Both the position numbers and the translations under genes were made by a program. The notes under the pieces are model-generated. The model had not been told where the DNA came from, did no database searches, and saw nothing but the letters and a program-made list of their open reading frames with translations. DNA of 64,000 bases from Acidobacteriota bacterium (GTDB lineage Bacteria; Acidobacteriota; UBA6911; RPQK01; JAJDTT01): contig CBDCJH010000002.1 of assembly GCA_965217775.1 (NCBI GenBank), forward strand, positions 768,001-832,000. The letters are read 5' to 3'. Below are positions 1 through 8,299 of the stretch, piece after piece. Position 1 is the first letter of the stretch. Every line of letters begins with the position of its first letter.

Positions 1-1493
1 TGGTGGATGACGAAAGCGGACACGGCATCGATCTCACGTTCCGTCATGAGGGGGATGTTCTTCCTCGCCCACTGAACCATGGTCCCATCCCGGTGAGGGG
101 TCTGTCCGAAGAAGCGCTCCGCCGACGGATCCTTCAGAAACTCGGCGACCCATTCCGGAGTCCCGAAACCGGCCAGATCGCTGGCGCCGGGAGGGACGGC
201 CAGCGATGCTCCGTCCCGGATCTCCGTCACCTGGGCCCCGGTACCGTCATGGCCGTCCCAGCGGTGGCAGGCGGAGCAGTTGTCTCGAAACAGCGTCGGA
301 CCCTGAGTCTGAGGGTCCCGGTGCAACATCGCCAGGGCGCCGTCGGGAGGAATCCCGTTTTCCCTGGCCAACTCCAGGATGCGCCCGGTCTTCTTCTCCG
401 CATCGGCCAGTCCCGCCTGGTACATGGGCCGGGTCTGATCTTCCCGAATGGCCGTCACCGTCAGCAGCAGCGCAGCGGTGAGGGTGGCGAAGGTGATCCC
501 GACGCACAACGCGTGGCCCCGGCGGATGCGGCTCAGAAAAGGGAAGCAGAACATCACTCCCACCACGAACGAGGGAATAACCACAGCGCCGATCACCTCG
601 CTCCGTCCTGGAAAGTACTTCAGGAACTGGTAGAGAAAGAGCAAGTACCATTCGGGACGTGCCGACGGGGAGGGCCGGGAAGGATCGGCCGGCGCGTCCA
701 GGGGAGCTCCGCCTTCGGGTCCGAAGACGAAGCCCTGTTCCCAACCGCCCCAGCCTGCCATCGCCGCCAGGACCACCAGCACGGCCAAGCAGGCGAGGCC
801 GTCCAGAAACGCCTGCCGGGGCCAGAAATAGGTCTCTCCCTTGGCGTCCTCGGGATGGGTCACGCCGTGGCGGCGGAACAGGACGACGTGCAGCACTGTC
901 ACGAGCACCAGAAGAGCCGGCAACAATCCGGCGTGAAGCGCGAAGAAACGTGTGAGCGTGTGATGTCCGTAGGTGGGTCCGCCCAGAAGAAGGCGCTCCA
1001 GGGTCGGTCCCAGCAGCGGCACGATCCCCAGGATCTTGGTGGTGACCTGGGTGGCCCAGTATCCCCGTTCGTCCCAGGGCAACAGGTATCCGGTGAGGGC
1101 CGTTCCCACCACCAGCCCCATCAGAAGCAGTCCGAACCACCAGTTGATCTCGCGGGGAGAACGGTAGGCACCCGCGATCACCACCTGTATGAGATGGAGG
1201 ACCAGCAGCACGATCATGGCGTGGGAGGCGTAGTGATGCAGCCCCCGGATGAACCAGCCCAGCTCCATCTGGTGCTGGATGAAGTAGACGCTCTCCCAGG
1301 CCGCCCGGATCGACGGACTGTAGGCGGTCCAAAGGAGGAGACCGGTGAAGAGCTGGAGCAGGAAGGTGAAGACCAGGGTGCTCCCCCAGACATAGCGCCA
1401 TCTGGCGCCGCCCGGGATCGACTCGTAAAGCAGCCAGGACACGAGTCGCCGGTAGCCCGTCCTGCGATCCAGCCAGTCGCTCGGGCGGCTCAC
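1..1493 (-). CDS. Cytochrome b (bc complex) fused to a C-terminal c-type cytochrome domain; runs off the window start
   Basis: Frame missing from the ORF track. GTG start overlaps the Rieske stop (GTGA) and reads MSRPSDWLDRRTGY...IPGGARWRYVWGSTLVFTF, a cytochrome b N-terminus. CSACH heme-c motif near 253-270. Confidence 0.85.
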   Translation of the reverse strand, partial: MSRPSDWLDRRTGYRRLVSWLLYESIPGGARWRYVWGSTLVFTFLLQLFTGLLLWTAYSPSIRAAWESVYFIQHQMELGWFIRGLHHYASHAMIVLLVLHLIQVVIAGAYRSPREINWWFGLLLMGLVVGTALTGYLLPWDERGYWATQVTTKILGIVPLLGPTLERLLLGGPTYGHHTLTRFFALHAGLLPALLVLVTVLHVVLFRRHGVTHPEDAKGETYFWPRQAFLDGLACLAVLVVLAAMAGWGGWEQGFVFGPEGGAPLDAPADPSRPSPSARPEWYLLFLYQFLKYFPGRSEVIGAVVIPSFVVGVMFCFPFLSRIRRGHALCVGITFATLTAALLLTVTAIREDQTRPMYQAGLADAEKKTGRILELARENGIPPDGALAMLHRDPQTQGPTLFRDNCSACHRWDGHDGTGAQVTEIRDGASLAVPPGASDLAGFGTPEWVAEFLKDPSAERFFGQTPHRDGTMVQWARKNIPLMTEREIDAVSAFVIH

Positions 1494-2002
1494 GAGATGG
1501 CGACCCTCTCGCGTACGCCGGGTCGAAACTCCTGGTAGCGCACCAGGACCTCGCCCTTTTCGATCTTGACCTCCAGTTCGTCCAGACCCCGGGGAGACGG
1601 GCTCTCCGAATCGGCAATGGCGCCGTCCAGCCCGAAGGAGCTGTCGTGGCAGGGACAGAGGAACCGGCGCTTGGCCGTTTCATATCCGACGAAGCATCCG
1701 GCATGGGGACAGATGACCTGGAAGGCCCGGATACCGGTCTCCTGCCGCACCAGGTAAACGGCTCCCAGCGGAACCTGGGCGCCCACTTCCCAGGCGTCCC
1801 GGCGCTGGCCTCGCACCCGGAAGTGACGGGGGGTGCCCATCGGAAGGCTGTCGACGGAGGCCACGCGGTTGAAGCCGTGCTGCTCGGCACGACGGCGAAG
1901 GGGGTTGAGAAGGAAGAGAAGGCCCGCTCCCAGGGGGACGACCAACAGGCCGATTCCTATGACGCCGCCCACCAATTTCTGAAACCACTCGCGTCTTCGC
2001 AT
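1490..2002 (-). CDS. Rieske 2Fe-2S protein of a bc-type complex
   Basis: CPHAGC and CPCHDS Rieske boxes, N-terminal RR plus TM helix, PSPRGL near the C-terminus. Confidence 0.92.
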   Translation of the reverse strand: MRRREWFQKLVGGVIGIGLLVVPLGAGLLFLLNPLRRRAEQHGFNRVASVDSLPMGTPRHFRVRGQRRDAWEVGAQVPLGAVYLVRQETGIRAFQVICPHAGCFVGYETAKRRFLCPCHDSSFGLDGAIADSESPSPRGLDELEVKIEKGEVLVRYQEFRPGVRERVAIS

Positions 2003-2141
2003 GATCCTTCGATCGCCGGCGCCAAACTCGGGAGCCGATCGCCCGGAAAAGGATACCGCAATCCGGTGCCGGAAGTCGGACTGAAAAAATCACGATTTGA
2101 AGCATTCCGATCCGGGCTGCAACAAACCCGCCGGGCCGTTT

Positions 2142-3443
2142 TCAGCTCTTGCCCGGCACCGGAATCCCATACCGGTGCAACGTGCTCTCCAGGGTCGGAC
2201 GCCCCAGTCGAATCCGCCCGTCATTGAGCAGGTAGGAGAATAGATACCCGGCGCCCAGCATGAGGATGCCGATGAGGAAGCAGTACATGACGGCCCGGTC
2301 GGGGTAGGTGTCCTTCAGATACCCCATGTAGAGCGGTCCGAAGATGCCGGCGGCGGCCCAGGCCGTGAGGATCACGCCATAGATGGTGGACATCTTCCTG
2401 GTGCCGAAGACGTCCAATACGAAGGGAGGCATGGTGGCGAACCCGCCGCCGAAACAGAGGAGCACGTAACAGACCAGGATCGAGAAGATCCAGGGGTTGG
2501 TCTCCGTCATCAGAACCCCGAAGACCACCATCTGGCTGGCCAGCAGGATGCGGAAGACCGCAGCCCGGCCCAGGCGGTCCGAGAGGAGTCCCCAGAAGAG
2601 GCGCCCCACTCCGTTGCAGAGCGAGCTGACGGCGATGAGCGTCGCTCCGTATGCGGCAAGCGTGGTCGGCTCGATCGAGGGATCGGCGAGTCCCCAGACC
2701 TCCTGCAGGAGCTCCGACTGGAAGCTGATCACCGATATCCCGGCGGCGATGTTGAAGAAGAACACCGTCCACATGATGACGAACTGGGTGGTGCCCAAAT
2801 AGGTCCGGGCAGACTGGGGTTCGGCGTCCCGAAGGGAGGTCCGGTTGCCGGCGCCCAGAGGAGCAGGCGCGGGGGGATCGCTCAGGAGGAGACTGCAGGG
2901 AATCAGGATGCAGGCGAATATGATGCCGAGCCAGAAGAAGACCAGCGGCAGCGCTCCTGTCGTCCCGACGATCAGGAACGGCGCCAGTCCCTTGCTCAGA
3001 AGAAACGCGCCGACGCCGAATCCCATCACCACGATGCCGGTGGCCAGCCCCTTGCGGTCGGGAAACCACTTGGCGACCGTGGCGACCGGGGTCACGTATC
3101 CGAAGCCGATCCCGGCGCCGCCGATCACCCCGTAGCCCAGGTAGAAAAGGGGGACCAGATCGAATTGGAGCGCCGTACCCGCGATCAGGTATCCGCCGGA
3201 GAACATGATGCTGCCGGCCAGGGCCAGTATCCGGGGCCCCAGCCGGGGCAGCATGCTTCCCGCCCAGGCCGCCGAAACGCCCAGCGAGAAGATGGCGATG
3301 CTGAAGGCCCAGGCGGTCTGAGTATGGGTCCAGCCCATCTGCCGGACCAGCATCGTCTGAAAGAAGCTCCACGCGTAGACCGTGCCGAAGCAGATTTGAA
3401 GAGTCGTGCAGATGAGAGCTATGACGCTTCGCGGTATGCGCAC
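2142..3443 (-). CDS. MFS transporter, oxalate/formate antiporter (OFA) family
   Basis: About 12 TM helices; GTVYAWS, KWFPDRKGLATG and GRLFWGLLSDRLGR motifs. Confidence 0.88.
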   Translation of the reverse strand: MRIPRSVIALICTTLQICFGTVYAWSFFQTMLVRQMGWTHTQTAWAFSIAIFSLGVSAAWAGSMLPRLGPRILALAGSIMFSGGYLIAGTALQFDLVPLFYLGYGVIGGAGIGFGYVTPVATVAKWFPDRKGLATGIVVMGFGVGAFLLSKGLAPFLIVGTTGALPLVFFWLGIIFACILIPCSLLLSDPPAPAPLGAGNRTSLRDAEPQSARTYLGTTQFVIMWTVFFFNIAAGISVISFQSELLQEVWGLADPSIEPTTLAAYGATLIAVSSLCNGVGRLFWGLLSDRLGRAAVFRILLASQMVVFGVLMTETNPWIFSILVCYVLLCFGGGFATMPPFVLDVFGTRKMSTIYGVILTAWAAAGIFGPLYMGYLKDTYPDRAVMYCFLIGILMLGAGYLFSYLLNDGRIRLGRPTLESTLHRYGIPVPGKS

Positions 3444-3457
3444 CGCTCGACTTCCTC

Positions 3458-4201
3458 CTACCCGGCCTGTCCCGGCGTGGCCCCGGACCGCTTCGAACCG
3501 GACCCGCGTTCGGACACGTAACGAAAGAGGCGGGCCAGGTCTCCGACTTCATCGTCCCGGGCCAGCAGCTCGTCCTCCCTCGACGTGTCCCGTTCCCTGT
3601 CTCCGGCCACGTCGACGGCATAGGCGAGGAGTCCACCCAGAGGCTTTGCCGCCAGGTTGACGAACCAGATTGACGCCAGAACACCGACCACGAGAAAGAT
3701 GCAGATGAGGATGACCTGCTGGCCGATGGCCCGCTGGATCTTGAGTGCGACCAGGTCCAGATCCATTCCCACGTGGACCGTGCCCGCGACACCGGCCAGG
3801 ATGGGGCTGCCCACTTCTACGAAATCCCCCATCCCCGGTATGCTCCGTTCGACCGGTTCGGTGCTGGACGGATCGCTGGCCCGGACCTGCTCGGGTATTC
3901 CCGGCACGAAGGTATGAGCCAGGTATTCGCCCGACTCACTGGTGATGTAGATGTAGCGGATTCCCTGAATCTCCACGAACTGGTCGATCATCGACTGCAG
4001 CGTCGCCAGGTTCCGGTTCAGGAGGATGTCCACGCTGGCGTCGGCAATGGTCTTGGCGATATTCCTGGTGTTGGTCTCGTATTCCGCCGACAACTGGGTG
4101 TCGACGGTGTAGATGCACAGAATCGACGTGGACAGCACGATCAGCCCGAAGAGGGCGAAGATGCCGAAACGGGTTTTTTGGAAAAGCTTCTGAATCTTCA
4201 T
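3458..4201 (-). CDS. Membrane sensor-like protein (2 TM, periplasmic domain, HAMP) with no output domain
   Basis: Two TM segments; C-terminal KPL...DEVGDLAR HAMP signature followed by a stop. Confidence 0.7.
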   Translation of the reverse strand: MKIQKLFQKTRFGIFALFGLIVLSTSILCIYTVDTQLSAEYETNTRNIAKTIADASVDILLNRNLATLQSMIDQFVEIQGIRYIYITSESGEYLAHTFVPGIPEQVRASDPSSTEPVERSIPGMGDFVEVGSPILAGVAGTVHVGMDLDLVALKIQRAIGQQVILICIFLVVGVLASIWFVNLAAKPLGGLLAYAVDVAGDRERDTSREDELLARDDEVGDLARLFRYVSERGSGSKRSGATPGQAG

Positions 4202-4202
4202 C

Positions 4203-5540
4203 TCAAGAGACCCAACTCTGCCAGTCTTCCAAAGTCACGAAGCGCCCGCCCTCGACGACGGTGTAATAGACCATCTGAAGCCCTTGCCGGCGGTCGGGTC
4301 CGAAAGAGACCTTTTCGCCGATCCCGAGGTCGTAGTTCCGCACCGAGAAGACCGCCGTCTCCAGTTTGGCTCGATCGTGCCCGCCCCCCATGCGCCGTAG
4401 AATCTCCGCCATCAACTTGGCGTCGAGGAATCCCTCCAGGCTGACGAAGCTCTGGGGGAACGGACTGTAGGGTTCCTTGACCAGCTCCTCGGGAACGGCA
4501 GGATCGTACCGCTCCATCAGTTCCCGGTACTCGCGCACCGCCGGAATGGAGGTGTTCTCGTAGCTGGGAACCACCTGGGAGTTGACCAGGTGCCGGGTGT
4601 ATCTCTCGGCGTCGCCGCGACCCTCGGTGAGCAGTTGGAGGAGGTTCTCGCTTCCCACGAACGAGAGGTTGGCGATGGGAACCCGAAGCCCCAGGTCCAC
4701 GGCGTCGCGCGCGAAGGCGGCACACGCGGCGTACGAACCGATGCAGATCACGGCGTCGGGGGAAACCGCCTGGAGGATTTCGACCTGGGCTCTCATGGTG
4801 CCGGTGAACCGTTGCCCGCGGCGGTAGGTCGCCTCACCGGCCAGTCGCTCGCCGTGGGCTGCCAGAGCCGCTCGGACGCCCGCCCAGCCGCTCCTGCCGT
4901 AGGCATCGGCCTGGTAGAACACGGCGATGCGCTTCTTGCCGACGCGAAGAAAGTTGTCGACGAGGCCGGCGGTCTCCTGCCGGTAGGACGCCCGGAGGTT
5001 GAAGGCGAAGTCGCCGTAGGGCGGTTCCCTCTGGGGCTGGGCTCCGGTAAAGGGAAAGAAGAGGTAGACCCTTTCGTCCTGAAACTTCTTGAGCAGGGGC
5101 AGCACGCGCGTCACCGTCGGTGTCCCCACGTAGCCGAAGAGGAGGAATACCCGGTCCTCCAGCATGAGCTTCATGGTGTTCCGGACGCAGGGGTCCGGTT
5201 GATAACCGTCGTCGTAGAGCTTCAGAAGGATCTGGCAGCCGTTGACGCCGCCGTTGTCGTTGATGTGGTTGAAGTAGGCTTTGGCTCCGCGGTAAAGCTC
5301 GCTGCCCAAGCCCCGGGAAGGGCCGGAAAAGGCGGCGGACATGCCCAGGACGATCTCATTGTCGGCCGGACCGGAATGTGAATCCGCGTGCCCGCCTTGC
5401 GTTGTCGTCTCGAACCCGGCCGTTCCGGCGAGTGCGGCTCCGAAAGTCGGGCGACTCGTCCACGCTGCTGACGCCAGACCCGCAAGTCCGCGAGTCAACA
5501 GCGATCTTCGCGTCATGGCCGGAGTACGTCGTACCCGCAT
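4203..5540 (-). CDS. Tat-exported periplasmic ligand-binding protein (branched-chain amino acid/PBP1 type)
   Basis: TRRSLL Tat motif; LGMSAAFSGP, GGVNG...YDDGYQP and FNLRASY motifs. Confidence 0.85.
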   Translation of the reverse strand: MRVRRTPAMTRRSLLTRGLAGLASAAWTSRPTFGAALAGTAGFETTTQGGHADSHSGPADNEIVLGMSAAFSGPSRGLGSELYRGAKAYFNHINDNGGVNGCQILLKLYDDGYQPDPCVRNTMKLMLEDRVFLLFGYVGTPTVTRVLPLLKKFQDERVYLFFPFTGAQPQREPPYGDFAFNLRASYRQETAGLVDNFLRVGKKRIAVFYQADAYGRSGWAGVRAALAAHGERLAGEATYRRGQRFTGTMRAQVEILQAVSPDAVICIGSYAACAAFARDAVDLGLRVPIANLSFVGSENLLQLLTEGRGDAERYTRHLVNSQVVPSYENTSIPAVREYRELMERYDPAVPEELVKEPYSPFPQSFVSLEGFLDAKLMAEILRRMGGGHDRAKLETAVFSVRNYDLGIGEKVSFGPDRRQGLQMVYYTVVEGGRFVTLEDWQSWVS

Positions 5541-5751
5541 GGGACTGTTGCCTTCTACGTCGTCAAGGATACCTATTTAGGTTTCTCGACGGAACAGAGC
5601 GGTGTTGAGTTCCAGCCCACACCGTCCGCATTCTGCGGGTTCTCTGCAATGAATTTCCATGCCGTACGGCGACCCGGCGAAGTCACGGTCGAAATCCTTT
5701 CGGGGAGGCGGCGGCATTCGACTTTTCCCAAGACCGCTGGCCGCGATTGGA

Positions 5752-6780
5752 TCACTGGCAGAGGTGGACCTTGATGGAACCGGAGGACTTGTCGGCTGCG
5801 ACGCGGAAGGCTTCCTCGACCGCTTCCAGAGGGAACCGGTGGGTGACGAGGCGGGTCGCGTCCACTCGGCCGGTGGCCATCAGGTCGATGGCCGCTCCGA
5901 AGTCGGTGTCCAATCCGGTCGAGGCGTAGCAGTGGGATCCGGTCACCACCGCCTCGGATTCCAGAACCCGGCCCAGGTCCACCTCCACCGGTTCCGGATA
6001 GCCGGCCACCAGGACCACGGTGCCGCGGGGCCGGACAATCTGCAGGGCGAGATCGAAATTGCCTCCTCCGCCCACCGTCTCGATCACCGCGTCCGGCCGT
6101 GGACCCCGGGCCAGATCGCTCACCCAGTCGTCGAGGTCGCTCCCACCCAGCACGAACACGTGGTCGGCGCCCAGATCCCTGGCCAGCCGGGCCTGTTGCG
6201 GGTACTTGACGGTGATCCAGGCCTCCCGCACGTTGGCTGCCTTGGCCGCCGCCAGGCAGCACTGGCCGATGGTTCCGCCGCCCAGGATCGCCACCCGATC
6301 CCGCCAGGTCGCGCCTGCCTGACCCACCGCCCGGCAACCCACTGCCAGGGGCTCGACCAGGGCCCCTTCTTCAAAGCTCAGGCCCGGAGGGAGCCGGAAG
6401 AGAGCCGAGGCATGAGCGGTCGTGAACTCGGAAAAACCTCCGTGCGTATCCTGCGACACCCATTGCCGTTCCAGGCAGTGATTGTAGTGGCCGCCCCGAC
6501 AGTAGCGGCAGCGACCGCAGTGGGAGAAGCACTCGATGGCGACCCGGTCTCCGGGCTCGACTCCCGTGACCCCCTCTCCCAGTTCCACCACGACGCCGGC
6601 GGTCTCGTGTCCCAGGGCCAAGGTTCTGGGCTGGGGCCAGTGCCCCCGGTAGACATGGAGGTCGCTGCCGCAGATACCGGTCTGCCGGGTATCGATGGTG
6701 ACGTATCCCGGCGGAGGGGGAAGCCTCTCCGCTTCCTGCAGACCGATTCGCCCGATACCCCGATAGATGGCGGCTTTCAT
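5752..6780 (-). CDS. Zn-dependent medium-chain dehydrogenase
   Basis: GICGSDLH, GHE, CGRCRYC..C structural Zn site, GGGTIG. Confidence 0.92.
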   Translation of the reverse strand: MKAAIYRGIGRIGLQEAERLPPPPGYVTIDTRQTGICGSDLHVYRGHWPQPRTLALGHETAGVVVELGEGVTGVEPGDRVAIECFSHCGRCRYCRGGHYNHCLERQWVSQDTHGGFSEFTTAHASALFRLPPGLSFEEGALVEPLAVGCRAVGQAGATWRDRVAILGGGTIGQCCLAAAKAANVREAWITVKYPQQARLARDLGADHVFVLGGSDLDDWVSDLARGPRPDAVIETVGGGGNFDLALQIVRPRGTVVLVAGYPEPVEVDLGRVLESEAVVTGSHCYASTGLDTDFGAAIDLMATGRVDATRLVTHRFPLEAVEEAFRVAADKSSGSIKVHLCQ

Positions 6781-6838
6781 GGCCTCTGTGGAGCGGCCGG
6801 AACCGGTGGAGACGAGAAAGACAAAAGGTGCGCCCTGC

Positions 6839-8299
6839 CTACGCCAACAGCTTCTCGATCACGTTGCCGGCGACGTCGGTGAGACGGAACTCCCGTCCCT
6901 GGAAACGGAACGTGAGCCGGGTGTGATCCAGTCCCAGCAGATGCAGGATGGTGGCATGGATGTCATGCACGTGGACCGGATCCTCCACCGGAGAGAAGCC
7001 CAGCTCGTCCGTCTTTCCAATCGTCTGACCGGGCCGGATGCCGCCCCCGGCGAACCACATGGTGTAGGCGTCGATGTGGTGGTTGCGTCCGACGGAGTCC
7101 CGTTTCTCCCCCATGGGAGTCCGGCCGAACTCTCCCCCCCAGACCACCAGGGTGGAGTCCAGGAGTCCCCGTTGCTTCAGGTCCCGGACCAGGGCCGCGG
7201 AGGGGCGGTCGGTCTGCCTGGTGACCTTGTCCAGCCCCTCCTGCAGGTTCACGTGGGCGTTTCCGTGATGGTCCCACTCGGCGTGGTAGAGCTGGACGAA
7301 ACGGACCCCCCGCTCCACCAGACGCCGGGCCAAAAGGCAGTTGTTGGCGAATGACCGGGCTCCCGGCTCGGCGCCGTACAGGTCCAGGGTCTGCCGGGTC
7401 TCGCTGGAGTAGTCGATGAGCTCCGGGCCGCTGGTCTGCATCCGGTAGGCCATCTCGTAGGACGCGATCCGGGTGGCGATCTCGGGATCCCCCGTCTCCG
7501 CCAACCGGGCCAGGTTCAGGTTGCGGATCGCCTCCACCCGGCTCGCCTGCCGCTGCCGGCTCATACCGGCGGGACTCGCCAGGTTCAGGATGGGATCGCC
7601 GCTGCTGAAGAAGGGGATCCCCTGGTGGATGGTGGGGAGAAAGCCGCTCTCCCAGTTGGAGACGCCGGCTCGGGGACCTTGCCGGCCGGACTGGAGGACC
7701 ACGAAGGCGGGCAGGTCCTGCGAATCGGTCCCCAGGCCGTAGCTGATCCAGGAACCCATGCTGGGGCTCCCAGGCCGCGGAGACCCGGTGTTGCTGAAGA
7801 TCTGGGCCGGCCCGTGGTTGAAGTTGTCGGTGGAGACGGTGGAGATGAACGCCAGGTCGTCGACGACGGACGCGGTGTGGGGCAGGCACTCGGAGAGGGT
7901 CTTGCCCGATTGGCCGTAAGGTTTGAACTCCCGTTCCGAACCCAGAAGCCGGGGCTTCTCTTTGGTGAAGAAGTCCATGAAAGCGAAGCGCTTGTCCTTC
8001 AGGAAGGAATCGGGAAGCGGTTGGCTGTCCAATTCCCGGAGCTTCGGCTTGTGGTCGAAGAGATCCAGTTGGCTGGGTCCTCCCACCATGTAGAGATAGA
8101 TGACGTTTCGGACTTTGGCGGGGAAATGGGGATCCCGGGCCGCCAAGGGATTCGCCAGATCCGGTTTCGCGGCGAGGAGCCGCCCGTCACTGAGAAGGGA
8201 GGCCAGGGCGACCTGTCCCAAACCGAGGGAGCAACGGCTGAAAAAGTGCCGCCGGGTCTCGGCGAGTAGCCAGGGTTCGTAGCTCTGCATGGGGTTCAC
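6839..8299 (-). CDS. DUF1501 family protein
   Basis: [28 protein letters not shown] and GRNHH motifs. Confidence 0.9.
   Translation of the reverse strand: MNPMQSYEPWLLAETRRHFFSRCSLGLGQVALASLLSDGRLLAAKPDLANPLAARDPHFPAKVRNVIYLYMVGGPSQLDLFDHKPKLRELDSQPLPDSFLKDKRFAFMDFFTKEKPRLLGSEREFKPYGQSGKTLSECLPHTASVVDDLAFISTVSTDNFNHGPAQIFSNTGSPRPGSPSMGSWISYGLGTDSQDLPAFVVLQSGRQGPRAGVSNWESGFLPTIHQGIPFFSSGDPILNLASPAGMSRQRQASRVEAIRNLNLARLAETGDPEIATRIASYEMAYRMQTSGPELIDYSSETRQTLDLYGAEPGARSFANNCLLARRLVERGVRFVQLYHAEWDHHGNAHVNLQEGLDKVTRQTDRPSAALVRDLKQRGLLDSTLVVWGGEFGRTPMGEKRDSVGRNHHIDAYTMWFAGGGIRPGQTIGKTDELGFSPVEDPVHVHDIHATILHLLGLDHTRLTFRFQGREFRLTDVAGNVIEKLLA

Noticed and set aside
3-1890. Long ORFs 3..1538 (+) and 247..1890 (-)
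   Set aside because: Shadow frames of the cytochrome b and Rieske genes; R/P/G-rich translations typical of GC-rich off-frames. The same applies to most overlapping ORFs in the track.
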